DNA from: an uncultured Flavihumibacter sp.
Lineage (GTDB): Bacteria > Bacteroidota > Bacteroidia > Chitinophagales > Chitinophagaceae
Reading direction: 5' to 3'
Assembly (NCBI GenBank): GCA_964242315.1
Contig: CAXTDO010000003.1
Coordinates: 1 to 32,880 of the forward strand
DNA length: 32,880 bases
Position numbers and translations under genes: made by a program. Positions 7,258-15,855 of the stretch are shown here, in pieces. Each line of letters begins with the position of its first letter. Within the stretch, counting starts at the first letter, position 1. The notes beneath the pieces are model-generated. The model was not told the DNA's origin and searched no databases. It saw only the letters and a list, made by a program, of their open reading frames with translations.

Positions 7258-10200
7258 CTACACCAAAGGAATAGACAACCTCACCTCAGTTCCCTCCCCG
7301 AGCCTGGAGGTGATAAGCAGCCCGCCCTTCATTGCTTCAGCTCTCTTGTGCATATTGATGAACCCATTACCCCGTGTTGGCGCCAGGTGTTTATTTGTAT
7401 GCAGATCAAAGCCAACTCCATTGTCCCAGATCATCATTACAAAAGATCCGTTACTTTTTTGGAGCACAATATTTACGTTAGTACATTGTGCATATTTAAC
7501 AATGTTGTTAACCGCTTCTTTATAAATGAGAAAGATCTCCCGCCGCCATTCCATTGTAAAGCTCAGTTGTTTTACCGTATCATCGGCATCAAATGAATAG
7601 TCGATACCTTTTGATTCGAATACGGTACCGGCAACCTGCTTCATTCTTGCCAAAACCTTACCCATGCTGTCGTTTAGGGGATTGATGCTCCAGATTATAT
7701 CATCCATTGATTCCATCATTTGTGAAGTGTTTTCGCTGATCTTAGACATAAAGTTTTTACTCATCCGGTCGTCTAAAACGTTTTGCTGCAATGCCATATT
7801 ACTTAGAATATTGATGGTAGTGAGGGTAGATCCCATATCATCATGAAGATCGCGAGCCAGTTTGCTTCGCACCTGTTCTACATGCAATAGCCGCTGCAGC
7901 CGTAACCGGTGTAGATAATACAACAAACTGACAATTGACATTATAACCAGCGCAAGAAACCAGTATGTTTTCCAGAACGGCGGCCATACCGTAAGAGATA
8001 GCATGGTAATATTTTTAGAATAAACGCCTTCACTGTTTTTTGATCGCACCATAAACTGGTAATCGTCCGGCGGAAGCAACGAATATTTAACGGGCTGTGG
8101 CAGTTTAACCTGAATCCAGTCTTTATCTACCCCGTCAAGTTTATATTCATAGGTAAGTTTCTCAAGCTGGGTAAAACTCAATGAGGCGAAATCAATGGTA
8201 AATGAATTTTTGTCGTAACCCAGGTGCATGTTTTTAATTGCCGTAATGGAATCTACCGGCAGGTTTTTGTTAAAGAGCTGAAAGCCGGTGATCTGTACAT
8301 CTGGGGGAATGGCCACTCCTTTATAACGCGACGGGTCAAACATTACCAGGTTTTGGTTGCCTGCAAAAATCAGTTTGTTATTATGTAAACGCAGGCTGTT
8401 TTCCATCAAATAACTCTGGTTAAATACGGTAATAAGCCCATCCCACTGACTGTATTTAATAAGATTGCCCGATCGTATATTATACCGGAAAATACCGTTC
8501 GTGGTACTTAACCAGCATTCATCCAGGATACCCGGTTGAAGAGAGTTGATTTTACCCAATGGAAAATTATCGTACAATGAAATGATTTTTGCAAAACCGC
8601 TATGAACGTTTAATACATTTAACCGGTCTCCGGCCAGCAGGTAGATAGAATCATTTAAGGGAAGGACATCCCTTATATCATTGCCGGACAGCGTTCCACC
8701 CTGCCGGGTGTCAACATAGGTTTTAAATATAGCGCCCGTTTTTACATCTATTACATTGATTCCTTTGCCGGCAACCGCTACCCATAGATCTCCTTTCCGG
8801 TCCATCTTCAGTCTACTAATAAATCCATCGAAGTGATGTACCTCACGAAATTGTAGTACATCGTTATGGTTGCCATTTGGTTCATACCAGAATACCTTAC
8901 CACTTTGCAAACCAAACCATAATCTGCCCTGCCGGTCTTCCGCAATCTGACGCACGGTACTACGATCGAACTGCCGGGGCTGCCTTACCGTTACTTTGTT
9001 TCGTTTTGGATCATACACCATTAACTTTCCTGCCTGGCATCCTATCCAGATCTTTTTTGTGATGCTATGCTGATGCAATGCCCAGACCATTTTTGAATTC
9101 TTATCCACAATCATCGCTAATGATCTCATGACATTTTCCCGGTTTATGAGATTGGAGTCTACCACAATAATATCCCTGCCCCAGGTACCGATCCATATAT
9201 TTTTCTGTTCATCCTGCATCAGGCAGTTAATACTTGACCGGCCTTTTTTTTGTGCTAATGTTAAATGCCGGTTGGCATTGACATTTGCCATGGTATTGTA
9301 CAGGCCATCATCGGTGGCCACCCATAAAATATGTTCGCGATCTTCCAGCACGTCGTACACCACATTAAACTGAATACTGTAAGGAGAATAATCAGGATAT
9401 AAGAATTTGGTGAAGCGACCGTTCTCCCGCATGCTCATACAGTTTAATCCGTAGATCATAACCGTGGTATCATTGAACTCGCTGAACTTATAGATATCGT
9501 AATAACCGCTATTACTGCTTTCGGCCAGGCCGGCAGTATCGGCATTAAAACATTCTTTTCTTTCATCATAGCAATAATATTCCATGTACCCTTTGTCGTT
9601 CCATCTTTCTATCCAGTAGCGCCTGCGGCTGTCTATAAAGAATTGTGAAATACCGGAAGTTAAACGTTTATCAGCCAGTAATGGATGGTGTAACGGATTG
9701 TTGTTATACGAATAATACTTCCCTGCTGCTTTATCAAAGTATCCTAACCCTCCGCTGGCATTAATCCAATAACGATGATTAATTGTATCATCTGCAACAC
9801 TGATGATATTTAAATCCGCCGGTACCTGAAATGGTGTATTCTTCTTACTGAGCGCTGTTTTATCTTTATTGGGATAAAAGCATCCGGCTCCTCTTACTAT
9901 TAAATAGACATTCCTTTTCGCATCGCGCTGCAATTCAAAAAAAGGCGATTCACGGTTAACGTCTTCTTCAATATTTGTTTCCTTAAAAGTAAATCTTGAG
10001 GCGTCAAAAATTCCCACGGTGCTTCCCATGCGAAGCCACATGGTTCCATCTTTGTCTTCAAGGATCTGGTTCACCGGTCTTCTTACAGCCAGGGTGGCAG
10101 GAGTTGTGAAATGATAACCATCATATCGTTGTAATCCGTTTTCAGTTCCTATCCATAGATAGCCTTTTTCATTCTGGTACATGGAAAGGATAGTATTTGA

Positions 10201-10299
10201 AGCCAGTCCATCGCGGGTGGTGAGGTGGTTGAAGATATACTCCTGGGCGTGGAGGCTGTTAAAGCTTTGTGATAGCAGTACTATAAGAAGAAACCTCAT
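7258..10299 (-). CDS. Periplasmic beta-propeller / Y_Y_Y sensor fused to a HisKA_3-type histidine kinase (no receiver, no AraC domain)
   Basis: Reg_prop-like repeats (KGYLWIGTENGLQRYDG, RLWFGLQSGKVFWYE and others) and a Y_Y_Y module (YEYKLDGVDKDWIQV...YQFMVRSKN). These are followed by one TM helix, a HisKA_3 H-box (LARDLHDDMGSTL) and a HATPase (MIWDNGVGFD...GNGFINM). Start moved to ATG 10299 (MRFLLIVLL signal-like); the track extension reads through the 10352-10459 palindrome. Confidence 0.85.
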   Translation of the reverse strand: MRFLLIVLLSQSFNSLHAQEYIFNHLTTRDGLASNTILSMYQNEKGYLWIGTENGLQRYDGYHFTTPATLAVRRPVNQILEDKDGTMWLRMGSTVGIFDASRFTFKETNIEEDVNRESPFFELQRDAKRNVYLIVRGAGCFYPNKDKTALSKKNTPFQVPADLNIISVADDTINHRYWINASGGLGYFDKAAGKYYSYNNNPLHHPLLADKRLTSGISQFFIDSRRRYWIERWNDKGYMEYYCYDERKECFNADTAGLAESSNSGYYDIYKFSEFNDTTVMIYGLNCMSMRENGRFTKFLYPDYSPYSIQFNVVYDVLEDREHILWVATDDGLYNTMANVNANRHLTLAQKKGRSSINCLMQDEQKNIWIGTWGRDIIVVDSNLINRENVMRSLAMIVDKNSKMVWALHQHSITKKIWIGCQAGKLMVYDPKRNKVTVRQPRQFDRSTVRQIAEDRQGRLWFGLQSGKVFWYEPNGNHNDVLQFREVHHFDGFISRLKMDRKGDLWVAVAGKGINVIDVKTGAIFKTYVDTRQGGTLSGNDIRDVLPLNDSIYLLAGDRLNVLNVHSGFAKIISLYDNFPLGKINSLQPGILDECWLSTTNGIFRYNIRSGNLIKYSQWDGLITVFNQSYLMENSLRLHNNKLIFAGNQNLVMFDPSRYKGVAIPPDVQITGFQLFNKNLPVDSITAIKNMHLGYDKNSFTIDFASLSFTQLEKLTYEYKLDGVDKDWIQVKLPQPVKYSLLPPDDYQFMVRSKNSEGVYSKNITMLSLTVWPPFWKTYWFLALVIMSIVSLLYYLHRLRLQRLLHVEQVRSKLARDLHDDMGSTLTTINILSNMALQQNVLDDRMSKNFMSKISENTSQMMESMDDIIWSINPLNDSMGKVLARMKQVAGTVFESKGIDYSFDADDTVKQLSFTMEWRREIFLIYKEAVNNIVKYAQCTNVNIVLQKSNGSFVMMIWDNGVGFDLHTNKHLAPTRGNGFINMHKRAEAMKGGLLITSRLGEGTEVRLSIPLV

Positions 10300-10351
10300 G
10301 ATGCTAAAAATATAAGATGTCCAGAGATAGTGTATCACATATTTGTGCGAG

Positions 10352-10459
10352 TTTTTTTTAAACACAGAGGGCACAGAGGGAGGAAACACAGAGGGCGCTG
10401 AGGGTTTCCTCTGTGTTCTCTGTGTTTCCTCCCTCTGTGCACTCTGTGTTTAAAAAAAA
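10352..10459. repeat. 108-nt imperfect palindrome built from CACAGAGG / CCTCTGTG units, closed by T8 and A8
   Basis: 10352-10393 is complementary to 10418-10459 at 41 of 42 positions. The 24-nt centre holds an extra CCTCTGTGTT unit that can pair instead with 10385-10394. T8 lies 5' and A8 lies 3' on both strands. Confidence 0.9.
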
Positions 10460-10468
10460 CGTACCGGG

Positions 10469-11113
10469 CTATGAGTTAAAATCATAACCCCTTAAAATAG
10501 CATGGAGCTCCCGTTTGTTTTTTGCCTTCAGTTTTTCCTTAATATGTTTCCGATGCGTTTCAACCGTGCTTTCAGAGATAAATATTTTCTCGCCAATTTC
10601 TTTGTTGGAAAAATCCTGCATCATGTAACGAGCAATTTCAAGCTCACGTTTGGTTAATTGTTTAACCCTAAGAAAATTATCCATTTCTTCTGAGAGTACA
10701 AATTTGTCGGCGTTGTTTTTATCATCGTTCTTAAAATACTTAAATCCATTCAATACGCTTATCAGCGCTTCCAGTAAAGAATCTTTTTCCGATTTCACAA
10801 TATAACCATCAAACCCCAGCCTGCTTAATTCTTTATCCCGCCCTTCATACTGAGTAAATGCCACAATCTTGCAAGCAGGGAATTTATTTTTCAGTAGTGG
10901 ATAAGACCTTTCTCCGTCCATGCCCGGTAAATTGAGATCAAGAATGATAACATCGGGACGTCCGTTGAAGCTTGAGTTAAGTACCGACCGAGTATCGGCA
11001 AATTCGCCGATCGCTTCAAACCTGTCATCGGCGCTTATAAAATTTATGATGCCATCGCGGATAAACGGATGATCGTCAATAATTATAAACTGATACTTCT
11101 TCTCAGTAGTCAT
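10469..11113 (-). CDS. NarL/LuxR-type response regulator
   Basis: Receiver (YQFIIIDDHP, VIILDLNLPGMDG) plus a LuxR HTH (LTKRELEIARYMMQDFSNKEIGEKIFISESTVETHRKHI). It overlaps the upstream kinase gene by 11 nt. Confidence 0.85.
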   Translation of the reverse strand: MTTEKKYQFIIIDDHPFIRDGIINFISADDRFEAIGEFADTRSVLNSSFNGRPDVIILDLNLPGMDGERSYPLLKNKFPACKIVAFTQYEGRDKELSRLGFDGYIVKSEKDSLLEALISVLNGFKYFKNDDKNNADKFVLSEEMDNFLRVKQLTKRELEIARYMMQDFSNKEIGEKIFISESTVETHRKHIKEKLKAKNKRELHAILRGYDFNS

Positions 11114-13043
11114 AACTGGTACTTTTAAATAAATTATTTTTATAGGGGATCGTAATTTTTATCATCGTTCCAAACTGTATCACCTGTGTATGCATCTGTG
11201 ATGACGCATCCCTCTTGTGTATTGGAGACTTTATCAGCAAACGTCCCTCTAATAATTCCACTCTCGACCGGAGATTTCTTAGTCCCATCCCTGTAACATC
11301 TTCACTGTTCGAATGTACAAATCCTATCCCATTATCTTCTGCGATGATGATCATTTCTTTTTTGTTGAATGAAAAAATAATATCGGCGTTTGTTGCTTCC
11401 GAATGCTTGAGGATATTGACAAGCACCTCCTGGATGATACGGAAGATATTCAGCTTAACCGCCTCCGAAAAGGTAACCGGTTGTTCATTGGCAGAAAAAT
11501 TTATTTGTACAACGTCACCTCCTTCCGAATGGCTTTTTGCTTTATTTTGTATTTCTTCAACATGCTTTTCTACAATATCTGTAATGGTACTGTTTTTAAT
11601 ATAATCAGGCATGGTATTATGAGAAATATTCCTGGCTTCCAGTTGTACTTTGCTGAGTTCCTCAAATATCTTTTTTAACTGTGCTATTTTATCAGCCGGC
11701 AGGTGATCAATGTTTCGCGTAAAATTTTTTATTCCATAGTTTATGCCTGTAAGTGCACTGGAAATACCGTCATGAATTTCTTTGGAGAGCAACGATCGCT
11801 CCGCTTCATGCGCTTCTATCACCTTCTCAAATGTGTTGACTTTATAGTTGGTGTACCTTGTTGCAAGCGCATAAGTAAGCAGCGCTATCTCAACAAAAAC
11901 CCCGATCTGTAAAGACGCTTCCATATTATAAAAAGCCGGTGCTACACCCAGTTCCAGCAGGGCGAGGTTGGTGATACTCAGGCCTTTCAACAGGCTGGCA
12001 AAGAAATAAAATTTTGCCGCTATCAATCCTTTAAACGCATAATAAGTTACAGAAAATGACACCACCAGCATGGCTAATAAAATAACACATAAAAAGAGCA
12101 TCAGGTACGAAAAATTCACAGCATACCCATGCGCATTTAGGTTATAAGCAATAGGAAACACTGCCACTAAAAAGAGCGCCACCTTGGTATAATTAGCCAA
12201 CCGGTTCAGGATACGATTGGTTTTTAATAATCTCAATAAAATCTGGCATATCTGCAAGTTTAATAGTACATTTATCCCAGCCATACAGGGAGCCATAGAT
12301 GTATTGAGTGATGGCATGTTTGGCCACAAGTATTGGTATCCTAATCCGAAATAACTTAGGAACCAGGCTATTGTGGTAATTATATACAAGCTGTAATATA
12401 AATAAAGCGCATGTTTGGATGTAATAAAAAACAACAGGCTTAAAACAGCTACAAACAGCAGCAGCCCGTAAGTAAACCCGTCGAACAGGTAATCTTTGAA
12501 AGTAACAGACCTGAAACTTTTTGAGTCTGCAATTTTAATGGGCAATACAAAAGCATGTCCTACCTGGTTTATGAACAGGAAATAGTCTTTTTTCTGATCA
12601 GGTGATACAACTACCTGGTACAAAAAGCCCTTGTGAACGATGGACCGTTGATTAAAAGGATAGAAGTCGCCCAGCTTTCCAAGAGACCGGGTGGCATTGT
12701 TTCCTACTTCAAATAATTCCAGTTCGTTTAGCCGGGCGTTGTCGATATCAATGATGAGGCTGTGTGGCACGGTGGGTTTGCCGTTGATATTGAAGTGAAT
12801 CCAGTAGTACTGGTTGGCTATCCCGGCATTAAGCACGGATTGGTTGAAGAGTTTGAAATCACCGGAGTTGTACCTGTCATATACCTCTTTGATCGAAAGG
12901 TCTTTTCTGTCTGTTTTTAAATATGACAGTGAACCTATCAAAAATTTATTTGCAGTTCCCTTCCCAGGTGCGGGCGATTGCGCATATATAGAGCAGGTTA
13001 CTAATACACCTGCAAAGAATATTATTTTTTTAAATAAAAACAT
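11103..13043 (-). CDS. 7TMR-DISM family sensor histidine kinase (HisKA_3 plus HATPase)
   Basis: Signal peptide (MFLFKKIIFFAGVLVTCSIYAQ), an extracellular DISMED2-like domain (YWIHFNINGK) and about 7 TM helices. Then the H-box SKEIHDGISSALTGI and the ATPase motifs IAEDNGIGF / GMGLRNLRSRV. Start set at ATG 13043; the track start at 13088 is a TTG. Confidence 0.8.
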   Translation of the reverse strand: MFLFKKIIFFAGVLVTCSIYAQSPAPGKGTANKFLIGSLSYLKTDRKDLSIKEVYDRYNSGDFKLFNQSVLNAGIANQYYWIHFNINGKPTVPHSLIIDIDNARLNELELFEVGNNATRSLGKLGDFYPFNQRSIVHKGFLYQVVVSPDQKKDYFLFINQVGHAFVLPIKIADSKSFRSVTFKDYLFDGFTYGLLLFVAVLSLLFFITSKHALYLYYSLYIITTIAWFLSYFGLGYQYLWPNMPSLNTSMAPCMAGINVLLNLQICQILLRLLKTNRILNRLANYTKVALFLVAVFPIAYNLNAHGYAVNFSYLMLFLCVILLAMLVVSFSVTYYAFKGLIAAKFYFFASLLKGLSITNLALLELGVAPAFYNMEASLQIGVFVEIALLTYALATRYTNYKVNTFEKVIEAHEAERSLLSKEIHDGISSALTGINYGIKNFTRNIDHLPADKIAQLKKIFEELSKVQLEARNISHNTMPDYIKNSTITDIVEKHVEEIQNKAKSHSEGGDVVQINFSANEQPVTFSEAVKLNIFRIIQEVLVNILKHSEATNADIIFSFNKKEMIIIAEDNGIGFVHSNSEDVTGMGLRNLRSRVELLEGRLLIKSPIHKRDASSQMHTQVIQFGTMIKITIPYKNNLFKSTSYDY

Positions 13044-13087
13044 CCTGATGACTCTTTTATTTAAATTTAACAATAACCAGTCTAACA

Positions 13088-14236
13088 ATGGAAAGTCAGA
13101 AGAAATCTCTTGAAAACTATAGTGCTTTTATATGGAGGAAATTAATTTTAATATGCAGTAGTTTTCTTGTTTTGTATATAGTCCTTTTGCAGATATTTGA
13201 TACTATTATCCTGAAATATATAACTGTTAAAGACTGGAAGCTGACGATATATGGAATAGTGGTGTCATTTATAATTGCATTTACACCATATTTATCATAC
13301 GGCTTATTTTATTTTAGGAACAAGAAAAATTTCAAATTCAGAGACTTATTGGCCCATTGCCGGTACAACCGGCTTTTCCCATTTCATTTTTATACCGATG
13401 CAAATAAAAAAGCAAGCAAAAGGATTGATTTCAAAACGATTGCTCCTTTAATAAAGAACTGCGATATAGTGTTAAGGAGGTATACAAATTACCTTGATGG
13501 CCTTATTTTTTCTCAGAACAGTTACTTCTCTCATGTAGGAATCGTTTACCGTGACGCTTATAACAACTACCATGTGTACCATGCCGAAGGCAAAGATGGC
13601 GTGCATATGAGTACACTCGAAGAATTTTTAGTTTGTGATGATGTAGCCTTTCTAAGGTTTTCTTTTAATACCAACCACGATGTGGTAAACATTCGCCAGT
13701 ATGTTATAGATGACCTCCGTTCAACAACCGACATACCGCATCTTAATCATCGTGAACTTACGGTATTCGATAGCATGGTTCAAAAAGCCAGTCCTAAAAC
13801 AGCAGCTACTCTGCTACAATCCGATCAGCAATTTGAAGAAGAATATGCACCGGTTATTCTGGAGCGTGCCAGGTCTTTATTGAAGACAGCTTACGACCTG
13901 GATTTTAACTTTACTGATTTTAACCAGCTTAGCTGCATTGAATTTGTATGGTATTGCTTTAAATGTTTATTTCCGGTACACCAGATCAAGGTTCAGGATT
14001 TTGAGTACTTTAAGTTTTTAAAATTACCGGTAATTATTCCCGATGTCTTTATTAAAAATAAACATTTCCGTTTTATTTATACCAGTTTGCCTAACATCAC
14101 CAGAAAAAAACAATTAAAAAAAAGAATTAAAAAAGGTAGCTGGCAATTAATTTCTTTCCTGTTGGTTACGCTGTTTTGGGAAGCGATTATTTTTAGTGTA
14201 GTGTTTTTCCTGGCATGGCGCCTGTTAAGAAAGTAA
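13088..14236 (+). CDS. Membrane-tethered permuted papain-like NlpC/P60 enzyme (C92 YiiX-like / LRAT-like order His...Cys)
   Basis: 382 aa with two N-terminal TM helices (about aa 16-37 and 52-75) and one C-terminal TM helix (about aa 353-377). The core motifs appear in permuted order: CDIVLRR, FSHVGIV (His149, nt 13532-13534), YHAEG and LSCIEFVW (Cys283, nt 13934-13936). An insert of about 80 aa separates the His and Cys halves. Confidence 0.6.
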   Translation: MESQKKSLENYSAFIWRKLILICSSFLVLYIVLLQIFDTIILKYITVKDWKLTIYGIVVSFIIAFTPYLSYGLFYFRNKKNFKFRDLLAHCRYNRLFPFHFYTDANKKASKRIDFKTIAPLIKNCDIVLRRYTNYLDGLIFSQNSYFSHVGIVYRDAYNNYHVYHAEGKDGVHMSTLEEFLVCDDVAFLRFSFNTNHDVVNIRQYVIDDLRSTTDIPHLNHRELTVFDSMVQKASPKTAATLLQSDQQFEEEYAPVILERARSLLKTAYDLDFNFTDFNQLSCIEFVWYCFKCLFPVHQIKVQDFEYFKFLKLPVIIPDVFIKNKHFRFIYTSLPNITRKKQLKKRIKKGSWQLISFLLVTLFWEAIIFSVVFFLAWRLLRK

Positions 14237-14351
14237 CGACAGCGCGCGGTTGTTAGCCGGATAACATTAACGCCTGCTGATTGCATAGTGAGCTTGCCGA
14301 TTCAGAAACTTGCACTATGTTGGTAACGCCTTTTGAAGCTACACCTTTAAA

Positions 14352-15134
14352 TCAAAGGTATGACAAGGTGCTTGTGGTCACTACTGCAGGCCTGCCTTCT
14401 TCTGTTGTAGTAGTTTTAATACTAATAGGTTTTCCCATAGCATCATAGGTATAAGCGTACTCTATAACACGATACGGTATCCCATTTACATCCAGGTATT
14501 CTTCATGTATAGGATTGTTACCTCTGTTACGTGTTGCAAGCAGAAACGGATAGGTATCCAGCCAGGAAGAACAATTCTGGTGATTATCTCTTAAGGTGGT
14601 ACGCTTCTCTGCTATTTTCCTCCAGTTACCATTGTCATACATAAAATATTCGCCCTTGCTTTCATTCCCTGGCGTTGAGTAGCTGTAAAGGTTCCTTACA
14701 TATGGTTTTAATTCTCCGTTTTGCTGAATATCGGTAATGGTTTCTATAATATCGTCTCCGGCATATTTAAATTTGTAATGGTGGTATGGATGATCCTTTT
14801 TATCAGAAAAAATGATACTGCTAACATGGTTGCCTTCATAGTTGTATACAAAGCGATACGCGGGTTCTTCTGCCTTTACAAGCTTATTGTTCTGATAATA
14901 AAATAAGATACTATCCCGGATATCCGAAGTATTATCTGTAAAGTGAATAGCTTTAACAGTGGTATCCGTATTGTAAACAATGCTCGTAACATACTGTCCG
15001 GTTTGAACACGGCTGATTTGATTAAGCGCTCCTGTATTTCCTCCCGGAGGAACATTTTTTACAGGTTCCTTATGACAGGAAGATAATACAAGGCTTGCGA
15101 TTGATGCTAATAATAAAGAATAAATTCGGTTCAT
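14352..15134 (-). CDS. Hypothetical lipoprotein with YD-like beta-hairpin repeats
   Basis: Start at ATG 15134 gives MNRIYSLLLASIASLVLSSC, a lipobox. Recurrent motifs resemble YD/Rhs-type repeats (FVYNYEGNHVSSI, FYYQNNKLVKA, YAYTYDAMGKPISI). I do not recognise the family. Confidence 0.55.
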   Translation of the reverse strand: MNRIYSLLLASIASLVLSSCHKEPVKNVPPGGNTGALNQISRVQTGQYVTSIVYNTDTTVKAIHFTDNTSDIRDSILFYYQNNKLVKAEEPAYRFVYNYEGNHVSSIIFSDKKDHPYHHYKFKYAGDDIIETITDIQQNGELKPYVRNLYSYSTPGNESKGEYFMYDNGNWRKIAEKRTTLRDNHQNCSSWLDTYPFLLATRNRGNNPIHEEYLDVNGIPYRVIEYAYTYDAMGKPISIKTTTTEEGRPAVVTTSTLSYL

Positions 15135-15299
15135 GGTATAATTATTTAGAACGCAAATATCCGTTGACAAAGCAGGCAGGTCAATCACATAAATATGTTA
15201 GATCACCTCAATGTAACCCGTACATTTATTTCAGATAATTTTTGATGAAGACCCAACCAATTATTTTTAAATGGACTCTTAAAGAAACATACCTATATA

Positions 15300-15854
15300 T
15301 TGGAAGCTACAGAAGAGCTTATTCATGGCTGTATTAAAAGAGACATACAATCACAAACTAAATTGTATAACCTGTTTATGCAGCCAATGTTTTTGGTTTG
15401 CCTGCGGTATTGCACCAATCGCGAAGAAGCTGAAGATGTGTTGCAGGAAGGATTTATGAAAGTTTTTGATTTTTTACACCAATATAAAAATAAAGGTTCT
15501 TTTGAAGGATGGATGCGAAAGATAATGATTCATTGCGCATTAAGGAAGTACAGGCGAAAAAGACTATTGCATCCTGTTGTAGATGTAAATTCAACAGAAA
15601 TACCAGGAACAACACACGAGGAAATTTTGTCGAGATTGGGAACAAAGGAACTGATTAATATAATACAGCAATTACCTCCGGCTTACAGACTGGTATTTAA
15701 TTTATTTGTTTTTGAAGAATTGAAACACAGGGAGATTGCTGCATTACTCGGCATAACAGAGGGTACTTCCAAGTCAAATCTTTCGGCTGCCCGTTTTATA
15801 CTTCAAAAAGCGGTGACGACAAGCTTGAAGACCGCTAAATCAAATATCAATTAG
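15300..15854 (+). CDS. ECF-type sigma-70 family RNA polymerase sigma factor
   Basis: Region 2 (EEAEDVLQEGFMKVF) and region 4 HTH (LPPAYRLVFNLFVFEELKHREIAALLGITEGTSKSNLSAARFIL). The only in-frame start ahead of region 2 is the TTG at 15300. Confidence 0.8.
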   Translation: MEATEELIHGCIKRDIQSQTKLYNLFMQPMFLVCLRYCTNREEAEDVLQEGFMKVFDFLHQYKNKGSFEGWMRKIMIHCALRKYRRKRLLHPVVDVNSTEIPGTTHEEILSRLGTKELINIIQQLPPAYRLVFNLFVFEELKHREIAALLGITEGTSKSNLSAARFILQKAVTTSLKTAKSNIN

Positions 15855-15855
15855 A

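Noticed and set aside
10300-10389. N-terminal 30-aa extension of the Y_Y_Y kinase ORF (MFPPSVPSVFKKNSHK...)
   Set aside because: The extension is a read-through of the CACAGAGG palindrome. A signal-like N-terminus begins at the internal ATG 10299.
10352-10459. Possible CRISPR-like array or canonical intrinsic terminator
   Set aside because: The repeat units are only 7-9 nt with no spacers, so it is not a CRISPR array. The T-run is 5' and the A-run is 3' on both strands, the reverse of an intrinsic terminator. I can only call it a palindrome.
13086-13088. TTG start giving a 661-aa 7TMR-DISM kinase whose start codon overlaps the divergent gene's ATG
   Set aside because: The 15 extra residues precede a good signal peptide that begins at ATG 13043, so the ATG start is more plausible.
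14237-14351. Convergent-gene terminator hairpins
   Set aside because: Only weak stems of 4-7 bp were found (for example CATAGTG ... CACTATG with a ~22-nt loop). This is not enough to annotate.
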